A stretch of DNA of 64,000 bases from Eledone cirrhosa (GCA_964016885.1 OZ024743.1:268522001-268586000), one strand, 5' to 3'; shown: positions 1 to 12,849, counted from the stretch's first letter. The notes: generated by a model not told the origin, from the letters alone. Numbers and translations: made by a program.

Positions 1-147
1 TTCCGTCCCACCTAGTATATATTTTTTTTTTTTTTTTTTAAGCCTAGCAATAGTGAGAGACTTAGGTCGTAGTAACCAGAAATTGTTTATTTATTTTTTT
101 TTTTTTACATTTAATTGCTTTTTAACACCCAGTATTTTTCTATATAA

Positions 148-333
148 AGGGCGGTGGATTGGCAGTATCGGTAGAGGGTCGGACGCCATGCTTTCAAGCA
201 TAGTTACGTCCCTTTACGATCTGAGTTCAAATCCCGCCGAGGTTGACTTTGCCTTTCATCCTTACGGGGTCGATAACATAAAGTACCAGTAATGCACTGG
301 TTAATTGCTGGCCTTGTGCCTAAAGTAGAAACA
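148..333 (+). mobile_element. tRNA-derived SINE (family A), full-length
   Basis: A-box-like TGGCAGTATCGG, B-box GAGTTCAAATCC, central GCCTTTCATCCTTACGGGGTCGATAA.ATAAAGTACC (resembles a conserved metazoan SINE core), tail GGCCTTGTGCCTAAAGTAGAAAC; ~20 copies in the window. Confidence 0.9.
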
Positions 334-605
334 AGTATTTTTCTATATATTTACCCCTTATTGTTCTACTTACTGTCTCGACTTCCTCCCCCTCCCCCTC
401 CCTAGTATCTTCTTTGACCTCACGCCCAGCTGTAGCCGGCACTATCAACGCATGAATGGGTCTCCTCCTCCCCCTCTCCCTCTTTCTCCTACTGGCAGGT
501 TTAGCTACCCCTTCCCTCCACAAATTGCCATCATAGAATTATTATGTCTCAACTACAAACTTTTGACCAATCCATGTGACAATCACTTTGACCATATCTG
601 GAATT

Positions 606-701
606 ACCCCTTGAGAAGCTCGGCTATTCAAATACCAGGATAAAAATTTTCATTTAGTCCAGAATTAGCCGTCGAAACGGCTTGAGCTCAGCCGTCGGGG
701 T
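606..701 (+). ncRNA. Type-I hammerhead ribozyme, U3-A8 core variant
   Basis: Stem I ACCCC/GGGGU; core UUGAGAA; stem II CGGCUA/UAGCCG closed by G-C; GAAA; stem III CGGCU(U)GAG/CUCAGCCG; cleavage triplet GUC (694-696). Same family at 52734. Confidence 0.75.
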
Positions 702-1476
702 CCAACTCGTTCCTATAAATATATATATATATGTGTGTGTGTATGTGTGTGTCTGTTTGTGTTTGTGTGTATGTATATGTGTGTGTGTGTGTATGTGTGC
801 ATGTGTTTATCTGTGTGTTTGTGTTTATTTATATATTCATTTGTTTATTCACCTTTACTGGTGATGGAAGATCGAGCTTCCTACAACTTGTACACTCCTT
901 AAAAACACTATGATGTGTTTATGGAACCTTGATCTAAACGAATGATCTATATTATTGGTCTAAACACATGATCTATATTAAATTGAATCAGAGAAAGGCA
1001 TCACAAATATTATCATCAAATGCTCATCATTCAGAAAATAGCATAGGAAAGCGAGCATTTTTGTTCTACATATTTTTCAATCAAACTTGAACTATCGTAT
1101 TCCTATTTGACCGGCAATTGTAATTGGGATGAATGAAGTACGTCATTTAACATAATTCATTCATCGTTTCTATGATATTTATGAGAATCATTAACAATGG
1201 CAACAAGTTATTCGCTTTGTATTCCCAACAACGATAGACTCAGCAAATTGTCAGAGCTTTTCATTGACGTAAAAGGTCATCTTGTCGAAATATTGTTTTG
1301 ATTGGACGGCATTGTTGTAACGATATTCATACAATTGTCTCTTCTATATCCACACACACAGACACACACAGAGACACAGACACACACACAGACATGGAAA
1401 AACACTTTTGTCGTATTCGTGTGAGAATGCAAGAGTAGTTGAATGCTGTGCGTGTATATATATATGTGTGTATGCG

Positions 1477-1572
<96 letters not shown>

Positions 1573-3301
1573 TGTGTGTGGGGAGGGGTATACATATATG
1601 AGTATATACATATATAGACGTGCTTATATGTGTTGTATGTGTGAATACCAATTTATTTCTGAAACAGAAAAGATAAACTACTCATGGCTGGATTGTGGTT
1701 TATCATATGTCTGTATAGTCAGGACTAACCTGCGTTTATAAACATAACAACTAACTATCGAGAGAGCCTCAACATTGTTGCTCAAATTTCTCGAACTTGA
1801 AAACCATACATCTACGAAACACACTCTACAGTCGCAAAAGAGGGATTGAGACACTTATTCATTTCTTCTAAAAGCAATATATTGACAAAATGTGGAATGG
1901 CCAAATATAGAAATCCTTTGACTATCGGTTTGGGGGATTTAAACAGCAATGGATCGCGTCAATGCTCACTATGTGGTTATTTGACAATGCAAATCAGTGA
2001 TTCCCAACGTGAGGTGCACGTTGTTAATGAGAACAAACTTCGTGTTTTGCTTCATTACTTTTACACCGAGGCAACTTTATTACATATTCCTTTCGGAATA
2101 TCCTGTCTCACCTCTTACATACATATTACTGTGCATCTGGTACCAACTATATGCCAGTTTGTTTACACTTTGCAGTTGATCATCGTTGTTTTCATATCAG
2201 ATATGGGGGAATGTTCATATCAAACGGGCATAATAATGTTTTTGATATTCAGGTGGGGTATGGTGCACAAAGGTTTGGTAACTGCTTATATAAATTAATA
2301 GCCAAATCTTCCTGAAATGACACCTTAGCAGCTGTAGAAAACATGCAATGCTAGATCTATAATGTCTAATACTAATGCCGTATTAGTCGCGGCTGGAACA
2401 CCTTGTGTCATAACTGTGTTTGATGCAAATTGTTCTGGGGCAATTACAATGATCCGAGGAATGAACCAAGTGGTTATTAAAAAATAGCAGCCAAACTTCC
2501 TCAAAATACGCTCCATCGTCTGAAAAGTAGAGGTCATATTAGATAGCATATTCCTAGATACAGTATGGCGTACCCACTTCAGGCAGAACGGGATTACAGC
2601 AGCAACATCTTTGATCAAAGGTCGATTTGATTAAGACAGACCTGAGACAAAATAGTAGCAAAGCGCCGTACATTTCAAACTATTTAGTAAATAGAAAATG
2701 TGCGTCGGGTAACTTTATCCTAGATAAACTCTCATCTGAAAGGCAAATAAGGGATGGTCGCAAAGGGAGCGTCGTTTAACATAGTTCTGTTACTTAGTTA
2801 GTGCTGACCTGGGGATAAATGTTACTACTACTACTACTATTACTACTACTACTACTACTACTAGTACTATTAACATGTGAATACCTATCGTATTGTTCGA
2901 TCTGCTAGAAATAACAACCAAGTATCCTTCAAATCAAAGCTTTCACCGGTTGAAAGAATCAGAAGGTTAACATAGTTAGATATATTTCCCGAAATAAAGA
3001 CCGCATGCTGACGAATAGAATGCATTTGAACTTTGATATTATTCATTGAGATATCATCTGGAGCTAAAACACAAAAACAACATCAACAAAATGACGACAA
3101 AAACAGCGTACATATACACTTACAGACGAAATGACCAGTAATCTAGAAATAAGATAAAGTCTCGCTCAACTGAACCATAGACATTAACAAATCCCTATAC
3201 AGCATACGACAAGAAACTGATAATATATTTTTCAAAGGATATTTTCCTAATACCCGACGTCCTTCTCTCTCTCTCTATTTCTTTCTGTCACTCTCTCTTT
3301 C

Positions 3302-3430
<129 letters not shown>

Positions 3431-3473
3431 CAAAATATTAATAAATGGATACATTCACATAATCAAAATATAT

Positions 3474-3538
3474 TATTTATTATATATATTTCGGATGTAC
3501 TGTGCTGTTTTTTCAGTACGTCCTCATCAGATAAAATA
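3474..3538 (-). ncRNA. Minimal type-I hammerhead ribozyme (mirror copy in palindrome)
   Basis: Reverse complement of 3650-3714. Confidence 0.75.
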
Positions 3539-3649
3539 CATAAATTGATGTATGACATACCTCAACTGTGCTGATGGTTCAATTCCAGTCTTGGCAGGAC
3601 TGGAATTGAACCATCAGCACAGTTTAGGTATGTCATACATCAATTTATG

Positions 3650-3714
3650 TATTTTATCTGATGAGGACGTACTGAAAAAACAGCACAGTACATCCGAAAT
3701 ATATATAATAAATA
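3650..3714 (+). ncRNA. Minimal type-I hammerhead ribozyme
   Basis: UUUAU-CUGAUGA-GGACGUACUG/CAGUACAUCC-GAAA-UAUAUA-UA|AUAAA; palindromic stem-III loop. Confidence 0.8.
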
Positions 3715-3858
3715 ATATATTTTGATTATGTGAATGTATCCATTTATTAATATTTTGAATAATATTAATAACTCCAGAAAACTTTTATGTTGAGTGCTTT
3801 TAATCTATTGTAAAACTATATTCATTGAATAATCAATGAACCTTGTTTAACATTTGGT

Positions 3859-3890
<32 letters not shown>

Positions 3891-4333
3891 TAAAAAAACA
3901 AATAACGAAACGAAATTAAATTTCGTTTCGTTTGTAACTCACTTTTGTATGACCGTTGAACCGGTACGTACTCACGCTCTATGCAAGTTGGTCTGCCCAC
4001 TACTAATTTTCATAGAAAAAGCATATAACGATATGTGCTTTCACGATTCTCTAGAAAGGCCGGAAGATAGGTAAATATTGCTGATGAGATGTAACAACAT
4101 CGAAACTAGTCCAATATTCCTTGTCTGGCTTTCTGGAGAATAGAGGAAAGGTGTTTCCTCAAAAACCAGTATGACTCTAAAAACCGGTTTGTTTGTGTGT
4201 TTACATACAGAATAGCTGGACACTCACAGTAAAGTGACCAGTGAAAAACTCGGTACATCTACATATGTACACGTGTGTGTATTCATATGCATACTAGTAT
4301 TTCAGTGTACATATGTGGATGTACATTTTTAAC

Positions 4334-4411
<78 letters not shown>

Positions 4412-4521
4412 TTTTTTTTATTAATATAGAAAAGTTTCTACAGGACTAGAACTGTTTCATTCGTGAGAAATCATATGTATTGAGTACCTTACTGACTGTG
4501 GTTACCCCCGATTGAAACCGG

Positions 4522-4587
<66 letters not shown>

Positions 4588-4839
4588 ATATATATATATA
4601 TATATACACATAAAATACAGAGTTACTAACTCATATTGATACCTTGTAATTGACAAGCTCAAAGTATAAATACTGAGCATTATCTAAATAATATCTGTAG
4701 AAATATACACATTAAATTGTGTGATTATAATTACGAGGGTTGAAATGTGATATTTCAACCCTCGTAATTTTAGACACACAATTTATTGTGTATATTTCTA
4801 CATATATTATATATATATAGATATATATATAAACAAATA

Positions 4840-4977
4840 TCATTATTTCTGAAGACAGCATATATATGTATAGGTATGTATATTCCCTCTGATAGTTTGT
4901 AAAATGTTTACATAGATCTATATGATATACATACCAACACACACATATATATCCTAGAAACGATCGTAAAATGATGA
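4840..4977 (+). ncRNA. Type-I hammerhead ribozyme with long stem II
   Basis: Stem I UCAUUAUUU/AAAUGAUGA; CUGAAGA; ~100-nt stem II (AUAUAUAUGU/ACAUAUAUAU, GGUAUGUAUAU/AUAUACAUACC); GAAA-CGAUCG-UA. Confidence 0.72.
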
Positions 4978-5165
4978 ATTTTTTAATATAAGGAACTGTT
5001 TCTTTGTTTTTATTCATTATTTTTATTAATTTATCTTGACTCTGTTTTCCTGTGTTTTTCATCGAAAAAAGTTTTGAGTACATCTTCTCTTTTCATGATA
5101 TTTGGATTACATTGAGTTCTTCATACGGATTGGACACTACCGTATATTTTGGTAGATTTATTTAC

Positions 5166-5231
<66 letters not shown>

Positions 5232-5320
5232 TAGGATTGGTGCTCTGAAATAGCGATGTAAAACATTTTGAAGAACTTTTAATCCACCATCTATAATTTT
5301 CAACAAACATCGACGAGTGC

Positions 5321-5366
5321 TAAGCTCTGATAATCACCAACAGTGTGAAACAGATCTGTCAGCTTA
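5321..5366 (+). ncRNA. Minimal hammerhead ribozyme, degenerate (G8A)
   Basis: UAAGCU-CUGAUAA-UCAC/GUGU-GAAA-CAGAUCUG-UC|AGCUUA. Confidence 0.65.
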
Positions 5367-5492
5367 TCTCCCTTTGTTTGTTGAAAAAAAAAGTAAGTGA
5401 CATAGTCACTACTTTAACATAATAGCGCAAGGTCTTCAAAATGTTTTTAATTAAGCATACAGTATATTGACAAATATACTATACATATATTC

Positions 5493-5523
<31 letters not shown>

Positions 5524-5526
<3 letters not shown>

Positions 5527-8500
5527 TTAACCCATAAATGGAGCCCTAACAGGTACTACCACCCCGGGCCAGGGCAGACCTTGGAGTCATGACAACTAAG
5601 GGGTAACTCCACATTCCCCACATCTCCTGAACTCCCGAACTGGAGCCTTGCCACTGGATGTAGTTTAATGTCATACCCAGGACATTTATGGGTTAAATAA
5701 CTACCTTATTCGAGTGGCGCCGGTAAGGTATTGTCAGCCATTGAAAAGAAATATGGAGAGTCGATCTAACAGCACTAGGGTTAGAGCCCCTAATTACACT
5801 CTCAAGGAGCAGCCTGGTCGTTTTGATTCTGCTGGCTTAGAGCCACAGAGAGGGCCAGTGGATGATGGATCAGCTGTCTCTGAGACAAATATAAAGAATG
5901 CAGTTTTGTCCTGCAGAAGAGCCATCAAAATGGGCACTTTGAATGTGAGGACTATTCGAACGCTGGAGAAGAGAGAGGAGTTGGGACATCTGTTCGAGGA
6001 GAGTGGTATACAGATACTTGCGATCCAAGAACACAGGATTCTACACGATGAGCCCGTGAGGAGTGTGATGATCGGGAGGAAGAGCCAGCTCATCACTACA
6101 TCGGCAGTGAAGAACACAACAAATGCTGCAGTAGGAGGAGTGGGTTTTGTGTTCAGTGCAAAAACCAATCTGTTGGTGAGGGAAATAATGCCTATCTCCC
6201 CGCGAGTGTTGAGGGTGACCGTCAATGGAAACCCAAGACTGACAGTCATCTCAGCCTATAGTCCAACCGAGGGGGACAGTGATGTGAATGCCGAGGAGTT
6301 CCATGAGGAGGTGTGTAGAGCTGTCAACACCACTCAGGCACACAATATCCTGCTTGTTTTGGGGGATTTCAATGCACATCTGAGTAAGGAGGGCAGTGAA
6401 GATCCTTGCTGGTACTTCCATAACAACACCAACCGAAATGGAAGACTACTGAGAGACACCCTGCTGGAGGCGAACTTGATGGCGACCAACCTAAGGTTTA
6501 GGAAGAATCTGGGGAAGATGTGGACCTACATCTCAGATATGCACCTGTCCAAGTTCCAGATTGATTTCATTCTGGTGAGGAAAAAGTGGCGGAATAGTGT
6601 TCTGAACACGGAACCATACAGCTATTTCAGTACACTGGGTAGTGACCACCGGCTTGTTATGAGTGAGGTCCGCGTGAGCTTAAGAAAGAGCAAGGCTCAG
6701 CCCCGAAGAACAATCTATGACTGGGGAGCTTTCAAGGAAGATGATAAGCTACAGGAGCGGTTCACAGTGGAAGTGAGAAACAGGTTTAGTGCTCTGTGTG
6801 GAGAGTCAGAGGAGAGAGAGATTGGATGGACTGAGGAGAGTGTGACGAGGAGGTACGGGCACTTCACCAATGCAGTGGCGAAAGCAAGTGAAACCCTGGT
6901 GCCGAGGAAAAAGAACAAAGGGAAGCACGTCAGGTCTGCAAACCCAAAAGTGTGTGCAGCCAGAGAACACCTGAAAGCTGCCAGGGACCAATTCTATGCT
7001 GATCCTACGGAGGAGAGGATGGAGACTGTGGAGGTGATGAGGGAAGAGCTCTGTACCGCTTACACTGAGGTCAGAGAGGAGGCACTGATAGAGAAGATCA
7101 GAAGTGTGGAGAGAGCGGTTGACAGATCTGGATGTAAGGAGAGCTGGATGATCATCAATGAGATCACAGGGAGGAAGAAAAGGTGTTCGAGTCAGATCCA
7201 GGGAACGGGGCCCGAGGATAGGAAGAGGAAATGGCTAAACCATTTTAGGACCCTACTAGGAGAGCCACCCTCCACAGCCCAGAGCACTGGGGAGATCAGG
7301 CGGCTGTTTGAGGAACTGGATGTTGAGACAGATCCCTTCACCAGAGAGGAGCTTCAGAGAGCCAAGAAGAAGATCAAGGAGGGCAAGGCTCATGGAGAAG
7401 ATGGAGTGGCATCAGAGGTGATGAAGAGGTGTGATTTTGATGATATCATCCTGGAGTTCTGTAACGGGGCACTGGAGAAAGGAGTTGCCCCGAATCAGTG
7501 GAGGATCAGTAACATCGTCCCAGTGCCAAAGAAGGGAGATCTCTCTAACACCAACAACTACCGGGGGATCTCACTGACGTCACTTGTGGCAAAGACCCTC
7601 AACAGGATGATTCTTAACAGGATCCAGCCTGAGATGGAGAAGAAGCTCAGGGACAACCAGAACGGCTTCAGAGAGGGTAGATCAACCACCAGTCACATCC
7701 TGATGCTGAGGAGGATATTAGAGGGAGCTAGAGCAAAGTGCCTTCCTGCGGTCATGGTTTTCATTGACTTTAGGAAGGCCTTTGATTCTGTGGACCGTTA
7801 CTGCCCGATGAAGATCTTACAGGCTTATGGAATCCCCAAGAGGATAGTGGACCTGATATCACTGCTCTACACCAACACCAAAGCCCAAGTCATTACACCT
7901 GATGGGATGACAGAGTTCTTTGAGATACTGGCTGGAGTGCTCCAGGGAGATACATTGGCTCCCTACCTTTTTATCATCGTAGTGGACTATTGTATGCGCC
8001 TTGCACTGGAGAAACACCAGGACACTGGCTTTACTGTAGCACCGGCTCAGAGCAGGAGAGTTGGGGCGAAAAAGGTATCGGATGCTGAATTTGCCGACGA
8101 CATAGTTTTGGTGACAAATACAGTGAAGGAGGCAGAGGATTTGATGCGGGAGGTTGAGACTGTGTCGATGAGTGTGGGGCTGAGAATGAATGAGACTAAA
8201 ACAAAATATCTGGTAGAGAATGTTGAGAAGCCAGAGGGGATCACTAATGTAGGCGGGAAGCCGCTGGAATTGGTTGAGGACTTCCTGTATTTGGGAGCAA
8301 AGATTGGGAATACGGAAGATGATGTGGTTGAGGGGAAGAGCAAGGCCTGGGCGGCGTGTCACAGCTTGAGATCGGTGTGGAAGTCGGACCTTCGTAGAGA
8401 CCTGAAAATCCGCCTCTTCATTGCTGTAGTGGAGTCTGTGCTGCTGTATGGATCTGAGACTTGGACACTGACCAAGAGACTCACTCAGATGGTGGATGGG

Positions 8501-8847
8501 TGCTACACGAGAATGCTGAGGATGGCTCTGAACATTAATCAGTATACACTGAGGATGAAAAACTCAGAGCTGTATGGGAGCATCCCAAAAGTCAGCTCAA
8601 AAGTGACACAGAGGAGACTGAGGTTAGCTGGACATGCTCACCGACATCCAGAGTTGACATTGCACTCAGTGCTCCTTTGAGAGCCCCTACATGGACACAC
8701 TAGAAGAGGAAGACCAAGGTTAACATATGTTGATGCCCTAAGGACAGACACTGGTCTCTTGGAGATGCAGGATATGGCAGCGATAACGAGGGACAGAGAC
8801 CGCTGGAGAGAACTCGTCCATGGATCTCGGAAATTTTACCCGCCTTA

Positions 8848-8850
<3 letters not shown>
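5524..8850 (+). mobile_element. RTE-type LINE, near full-length, with inverted 5' segment
   Basis: Single APE-RT ORF with almost no 3' UTR; flanked on both sides by (TA)n; 17-bp inverted repeat at 5524-5540/5683-5699. Confidence 0.9.
5714..8680 (+). CDS. LINE polyprotein: AP endonuclease + reverse transcriptase (RTE-like); premature TGA, reading frame continues to TAG at 8848
   Basis: APE motifs TLNVRT, IQEHR, SAYSPT, GDFNAH, IDFIL, SDH; RT motifs PKKGD, YRGISL, QNGFR, FIDFRKAFDSV, GVLQGDTLAPYLF, FADD, FLYLG, YGSETW. Confidence 0.93.
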   Translation: MAPVRYCQPLKRNMESRSNSTRVRAPNYTLKEQPGRFDSAGLEPQRGPVDDGSAVSETNIKNAVLSCRRAIKMGTLNVRTIRTLEKREELGHLFEESGIQILAIQEHRILHDEPVRSVMIGRKSQLITTSAVKNTTNAAVGGVGFVFSAKTNLLVREIMPISPRVLRVTVNGNPRLTVISAYSPTEGDSDVNAEEFHEEVCRAVNTTQAHNILLVLGDFNAHLSKEGSEDPCWYFHNNTNRNGRLLRDTLLEANLMATNLRFRKNLGKMWTYISDMHLSKFQIDFILVRKKWRNSVLNTEPYSYFSTLGSDHRLVMSEVRVSLRKSKAQPRRTIYDWGAFKEDDKLQERFTVEVRNRFSALCGESEEREIGWTEESVTRRYGHFTNAVAKASETLVPRKKNKGKHVRSANPKVCAAREHLKAARDQFYADPTEERMETVEVMREELCTAYTEVREEALIEKIRSVERAVDRSGCKESWMIINEITGRKKRCSSQIQGTGPEDRKRKWLNHFRTLLGEPPSTAQSTGEIRRLFEELDVETDPFTREELQRAKKKIKEGKAHGEDGVASEVMKRCDFDDIILEFCNGALEKGVAPNQWRISNIVPVPKKGDLSNTNNYRGISLTSLVAKTLNRMILNRIQPEMEKKLRDNQNGFREGRSTTSHILMLRRILEGARAKCLPAVMVFIDFRKAFDSVDRYCPMKILQAYGIPKRIVDLISLLYTNTKAQVITPDGMTEFFEILAGVLQGDTLAPYLFIIVVDYCMRLALEKHQDTGFTVAPAQSRRVGAKKVSDAEFADDIVLVTNTVKEAEDLMREVETVSMSVGLRMNETKTKYLVENVEKPEGITNVGGKPLELVEDFLYLGAKIGNTEDDVVEGKSKAWAACHSLRSVWKSDLRRDLKIRLFIAVVESVLLYGSETWTLTKRLTQMVDGCYTRMLRMALNINQYTLRMKNSELYGSIPKVSSKVTQRRLRLAGHAHRHPELTLHSVLL

Positions 8851-8911
<61 letters not shown>

Positions 8912-9899
8912 CAATTTTGTTGCGTTGGCACCAACAGTCACAAAAGCGAGAAACAAAAGTACAACTTAGTGAGGTGGGAAGGTTTGTGGTGTGGTGTATT
9001 GTTTTGATATGATGTAGTCTGGTTAGACCACCCAGTGGCTGACACCTGCAGATATCACCTATAATCTGGACAATATTTCGCAAATTCTTATCTCCATGGC
9101 AACCAGCTGTCTTCTGTGAAATGATGCTGATAGAATGAAATGCAACGGCAAAATTACTTGTATACGAAACCTAGTTTTCTCCAAATCTGTCAAAGAAATA
9201 CAAGATTAAATTGGCAAATATGCCTTTTAACACGCGATAGTATAGTCACGTGTTTATACATTAGCCCAACAACAGAAACCCACTCATACACATACTGACA
9301 CCCACGCATACGCTCATACACATATTTACGAAGACATCCCCTCTCATACACACACATAAATGCATTCATTCAAAATATTTGCACAGTTGAATGTATTTAT
9401 ACAAACGTACTAACGATATTACACATACAAACATCCATTTATTTTTCTACCCATCTATCAATCTAACAACTTATTTATCTGTCTATTTATCTATCTAGAT
9501 GCCTATCTTTTTATTTCTCACTCTCTCTCTCTCTTTCTTTCTTTCGCTTTTTCTCTCTCTGTATACACACACACACACATATATATATATATGTACGTGG
9601 TGCCTGTGCGTGTGTTTCTGTGTCTGTGTATGCACTTATATATGTAGCTACCCGTATTTATGTATATGTCTCATTAAATGTATCTTGAGTGTGAATGTGT
9701 GTTTATTTTTCATATATAAACCTGGAAGATGGCTGTCTTAATTATAGATTACTACCTGTAGGGACAGGATACGCTTGAGTTTGATTCAAATATCAACGTG
9801 TAAGATACTCATATGGTAATAATTTAGTACAAACAGTAACAGTAACACATACAGAATTGTTTATTAATCGTATTTAAAGATTATTTTTCAACATTTACG

Positions 9900-10550
9900 T
9901 TTTGATGTAGTTAAAGTCAATACCAGACAGAATACTGGGGTAGATATGTGACAAAATCCATACTGATGTTCACCCAGCATGGCTAGACACCAATGATGAA
10001 AACAGTAATAGAATACAGGAATAAGGGAAGGCTTATAGAACATATCCATATCGATAAGGTTGATAGTTATAGTTTGGCTGACTATCAAGCAACATGTAAC
10101 TGGATCCAGGGAAATGCCACATCTATATACGTTTAATCGTATGTGCCTTTGTTTTACATCATATTGAAAAGATGAGAATGCATCGTAATGCTTGAGTGAC
10201 ACTCATGTTCAAAGACTGGTTGACTGTTGGTTTAAAATGAGTACTCAGGAAGGCCAATATCTTGCGAGACACCAAATTCTTGAGTTGCACTCCTCTTTCA
10301 AGTTTGAATGAGTGTCTGGTTAGAAGAATGAGTGTTCGAGTAGACCAATCATTGGCGAAACGCTAGATTATGAATGGCATTCCTATTTCGAAACAGATTA
10401 ATTGTCAGTTCAAGATGTGTGTGAAAATTCGGTACCAAGCTTTGAATGCATTCATGACGAATGTTGACAAGATTTCTCATTATTAGCATCATACCATCGT
10501 CACACGACAGATTTGTTGATAAAGAATAAAATGTCGGTCTTTCCAAATCC
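9900..10550 (-). pseudogene. Possible highly decayed non-LTR RT fragment
   Basis: Minus-strand peptide FKLERGVQLKNLVSRKIL resembles the RGVRQGDxxSPxLF motif; otherwise heavily mutated. Confidence 0.3.
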
Positions 10551-11103
10551 TCGGTACTTCATCTAATCATCGACATGCGACTTCGCTATGACGTCCCATC
10601 GAAATGATGGTGTTGTCAGACCTTCGTCAGCACCAGTGACCACGTGTGTTACGTTCAACAGAAAATCATGTCCGTAAAATTAACGTATATATGACTGAAC
10701 ATTTCATACCAACATGTAGCCTTAAATTATTTCCTTGGTATATTGTCCGTGACTATATATAACAAGGCAGTACCTTTGAATGACAAATACAACTCATTTC
10801 TGCTAGGGATGTGGCAAGGAAAAAATAAAGTTGATGTTGAACTCATGACCTTCAGGTCGTAAGCCGTAACACCTACCCACTAAACCACACGATTTAACAC
10901 AAAATGACATCATACCATTAAACAGGAAATCAGGAATGAGGTAATATTGGTGAGTTAATATAGGTGAGCCTTCAGGCATGGGCATGAACGAAGCGTTACG
11001 ATCAGTGTGTATGGTCTCAAATAGATTATTTTCAAGGAAACATAAAATGTATATAAATTATATATGAAAATAATTAATTACTGGAGTGGTGCTACAGAAA
11101 TTT

Positions 11104-11143
<40 letters not shown>

Positions 11144-11397
11144 GTGTCTTTCTCTTCTTTCCCTTTACCGCTTCCAGCATTTCCCTTAATTTCCAGTGAA
11201 TTTTCTCATTCTCTCTTTCCTACGTCAGACACAGCTTGTGTAGAACGGTCTCTTCCGTTTTTCCTCATATGTATGACGAAAGTCTTAAATATTTCTTATT
11301 AGCGTTACCATCTTTTACTCGTTGTTGCTGTTCTTTTCAATATATATATATATACATACATAAATACATAAATACATACATACATACATGTATTCAT

Positions 11398-11973
11398 AAA
11401 TGTAGGCTATGTAAAACAAAGATCGAAGATGTAAGCCACATTGTTGCCAACTGCGAAAGAATGTAATCTCGCTACTTCCTCCCCATCAGACACGATGTGA
11501 TAGCTAGAACCATCTGGAACGCACTTCGGAAAACAAAATTAAAAACAAACGAGGAAGAATATATTAAGACCGATGGCACTAAAGAATACTGGTGGAACCT
11601 GAAAATAAAAATTGCCACCAAATTAAAGCACAACCGGTCTGATATTGTTGTTTGGGACCACGCATTGAAAACGTGTTCTGTTGTGGAGATCAGCTGCCCA
11701 CTTGATGTAAACGTTGTCAGAAAAATACAGGAGAAGGAGGACATCTACTGACCATTGATGAGGAGTTTACAAATCCAGTATCCATGATACACATTTAGCT
11801 TCATACCCATCATTATTGGAGCTACGGGTTATATACCAACCCGCTTCGACCAATGTATAACTGAACTTGGATTTGCGGACAAAGAGCGCAGCTCCCTAAT
11901 TCATAGTCTACAAATGGCTGCGATAGCTGGCACCTTCAAAGTTTTCAAAACATTCTTGCGATTCAAGGGATGA
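11398..11973 (+). pseudogene. 3' fragment of an RLE-type (R2/R4/NeSL-like) non-LTR retrotransposon
   Basis: CRLC...H....C zinc knuckle, RHD, HNRSDIVVWD...VEISCP...K (PD-D/ExK-like), IPIIIGATG; in-frame stops. Confidence 0.85.
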
Positions 11974-12631
11974 CAATTTCTTTTCTTTTACAACCTTGCC
12001 ACCAGGAAGGTGGCCGGTCAAAAATATATTCGAAATTAAGAGAGAGACATATACATACATATATGGAAAAATATAAAAACATATATATAATTATATAGTT
12101 TTGCCTGCCTGTATTTATGAAGGCAGTTAAGTATGTTGTATATATATATATATATATATATTCATGTAGGTACGTGTTTGTTAGGAAATTTATTGATATT
12201 TTGTACTGGCCGTCAAGAAATCTATGTACAATATATATAACTGAACTAATTTAGTCTTCGTTAGACTGAGAGTAATAGTCAGAAGCAAATATGATTGACA
12301 CATCTCTTAGCAACCACGTCAATCCTTTTCATTGAACATATCATCAAAATTCTGTTCAAGCATGAAGACATCATTACACAGACGGGATGACTATCAAACA
12401 GTCTATTTAACCATCTAACGTCCAACCGTTTAGCAACGATTTGTTGATTTTGATTTTCCACTTCGTCTATTCTCGTTTAATGACCTGAAATTAACTATAA
12501 AAAATATAGCGAAAACAATGTATGAAATAAAATACACATCTTGAATAATGATAATGATGTACGCTTGCATATATAAGTATTTGAATGTCTTATATATATA
12601 TATATATACATAACTACACACATACACACAT

Positions 12632-12693
<62 letters not shown>

Positions 12694-12734
12694 TTAAATA
12701 CATACATATATACATATATATATATGTGTGTATG

Positions 12735-12783
<49 letters not shown>

Positions 12784-12849
12784 ATTTTGTTTAAATTTTT
12801 TCTGGAGTCGTATATACTGTATATAGTGTCAATGAAATATTTGTTAATA

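Noticed and set aside
148-333. tRNA gene
   Set aside because: A/B boxes are present but there is no cloverleaf; it is a SINE head
1846-2298. 150-aa ORF as a host exon
   Set aside because: Non-ATG start, no recognisable motif or splice support
5794-8362. Antisense ORFs within the LINE
   Set aside because: Shadow frames of the long sense ORF
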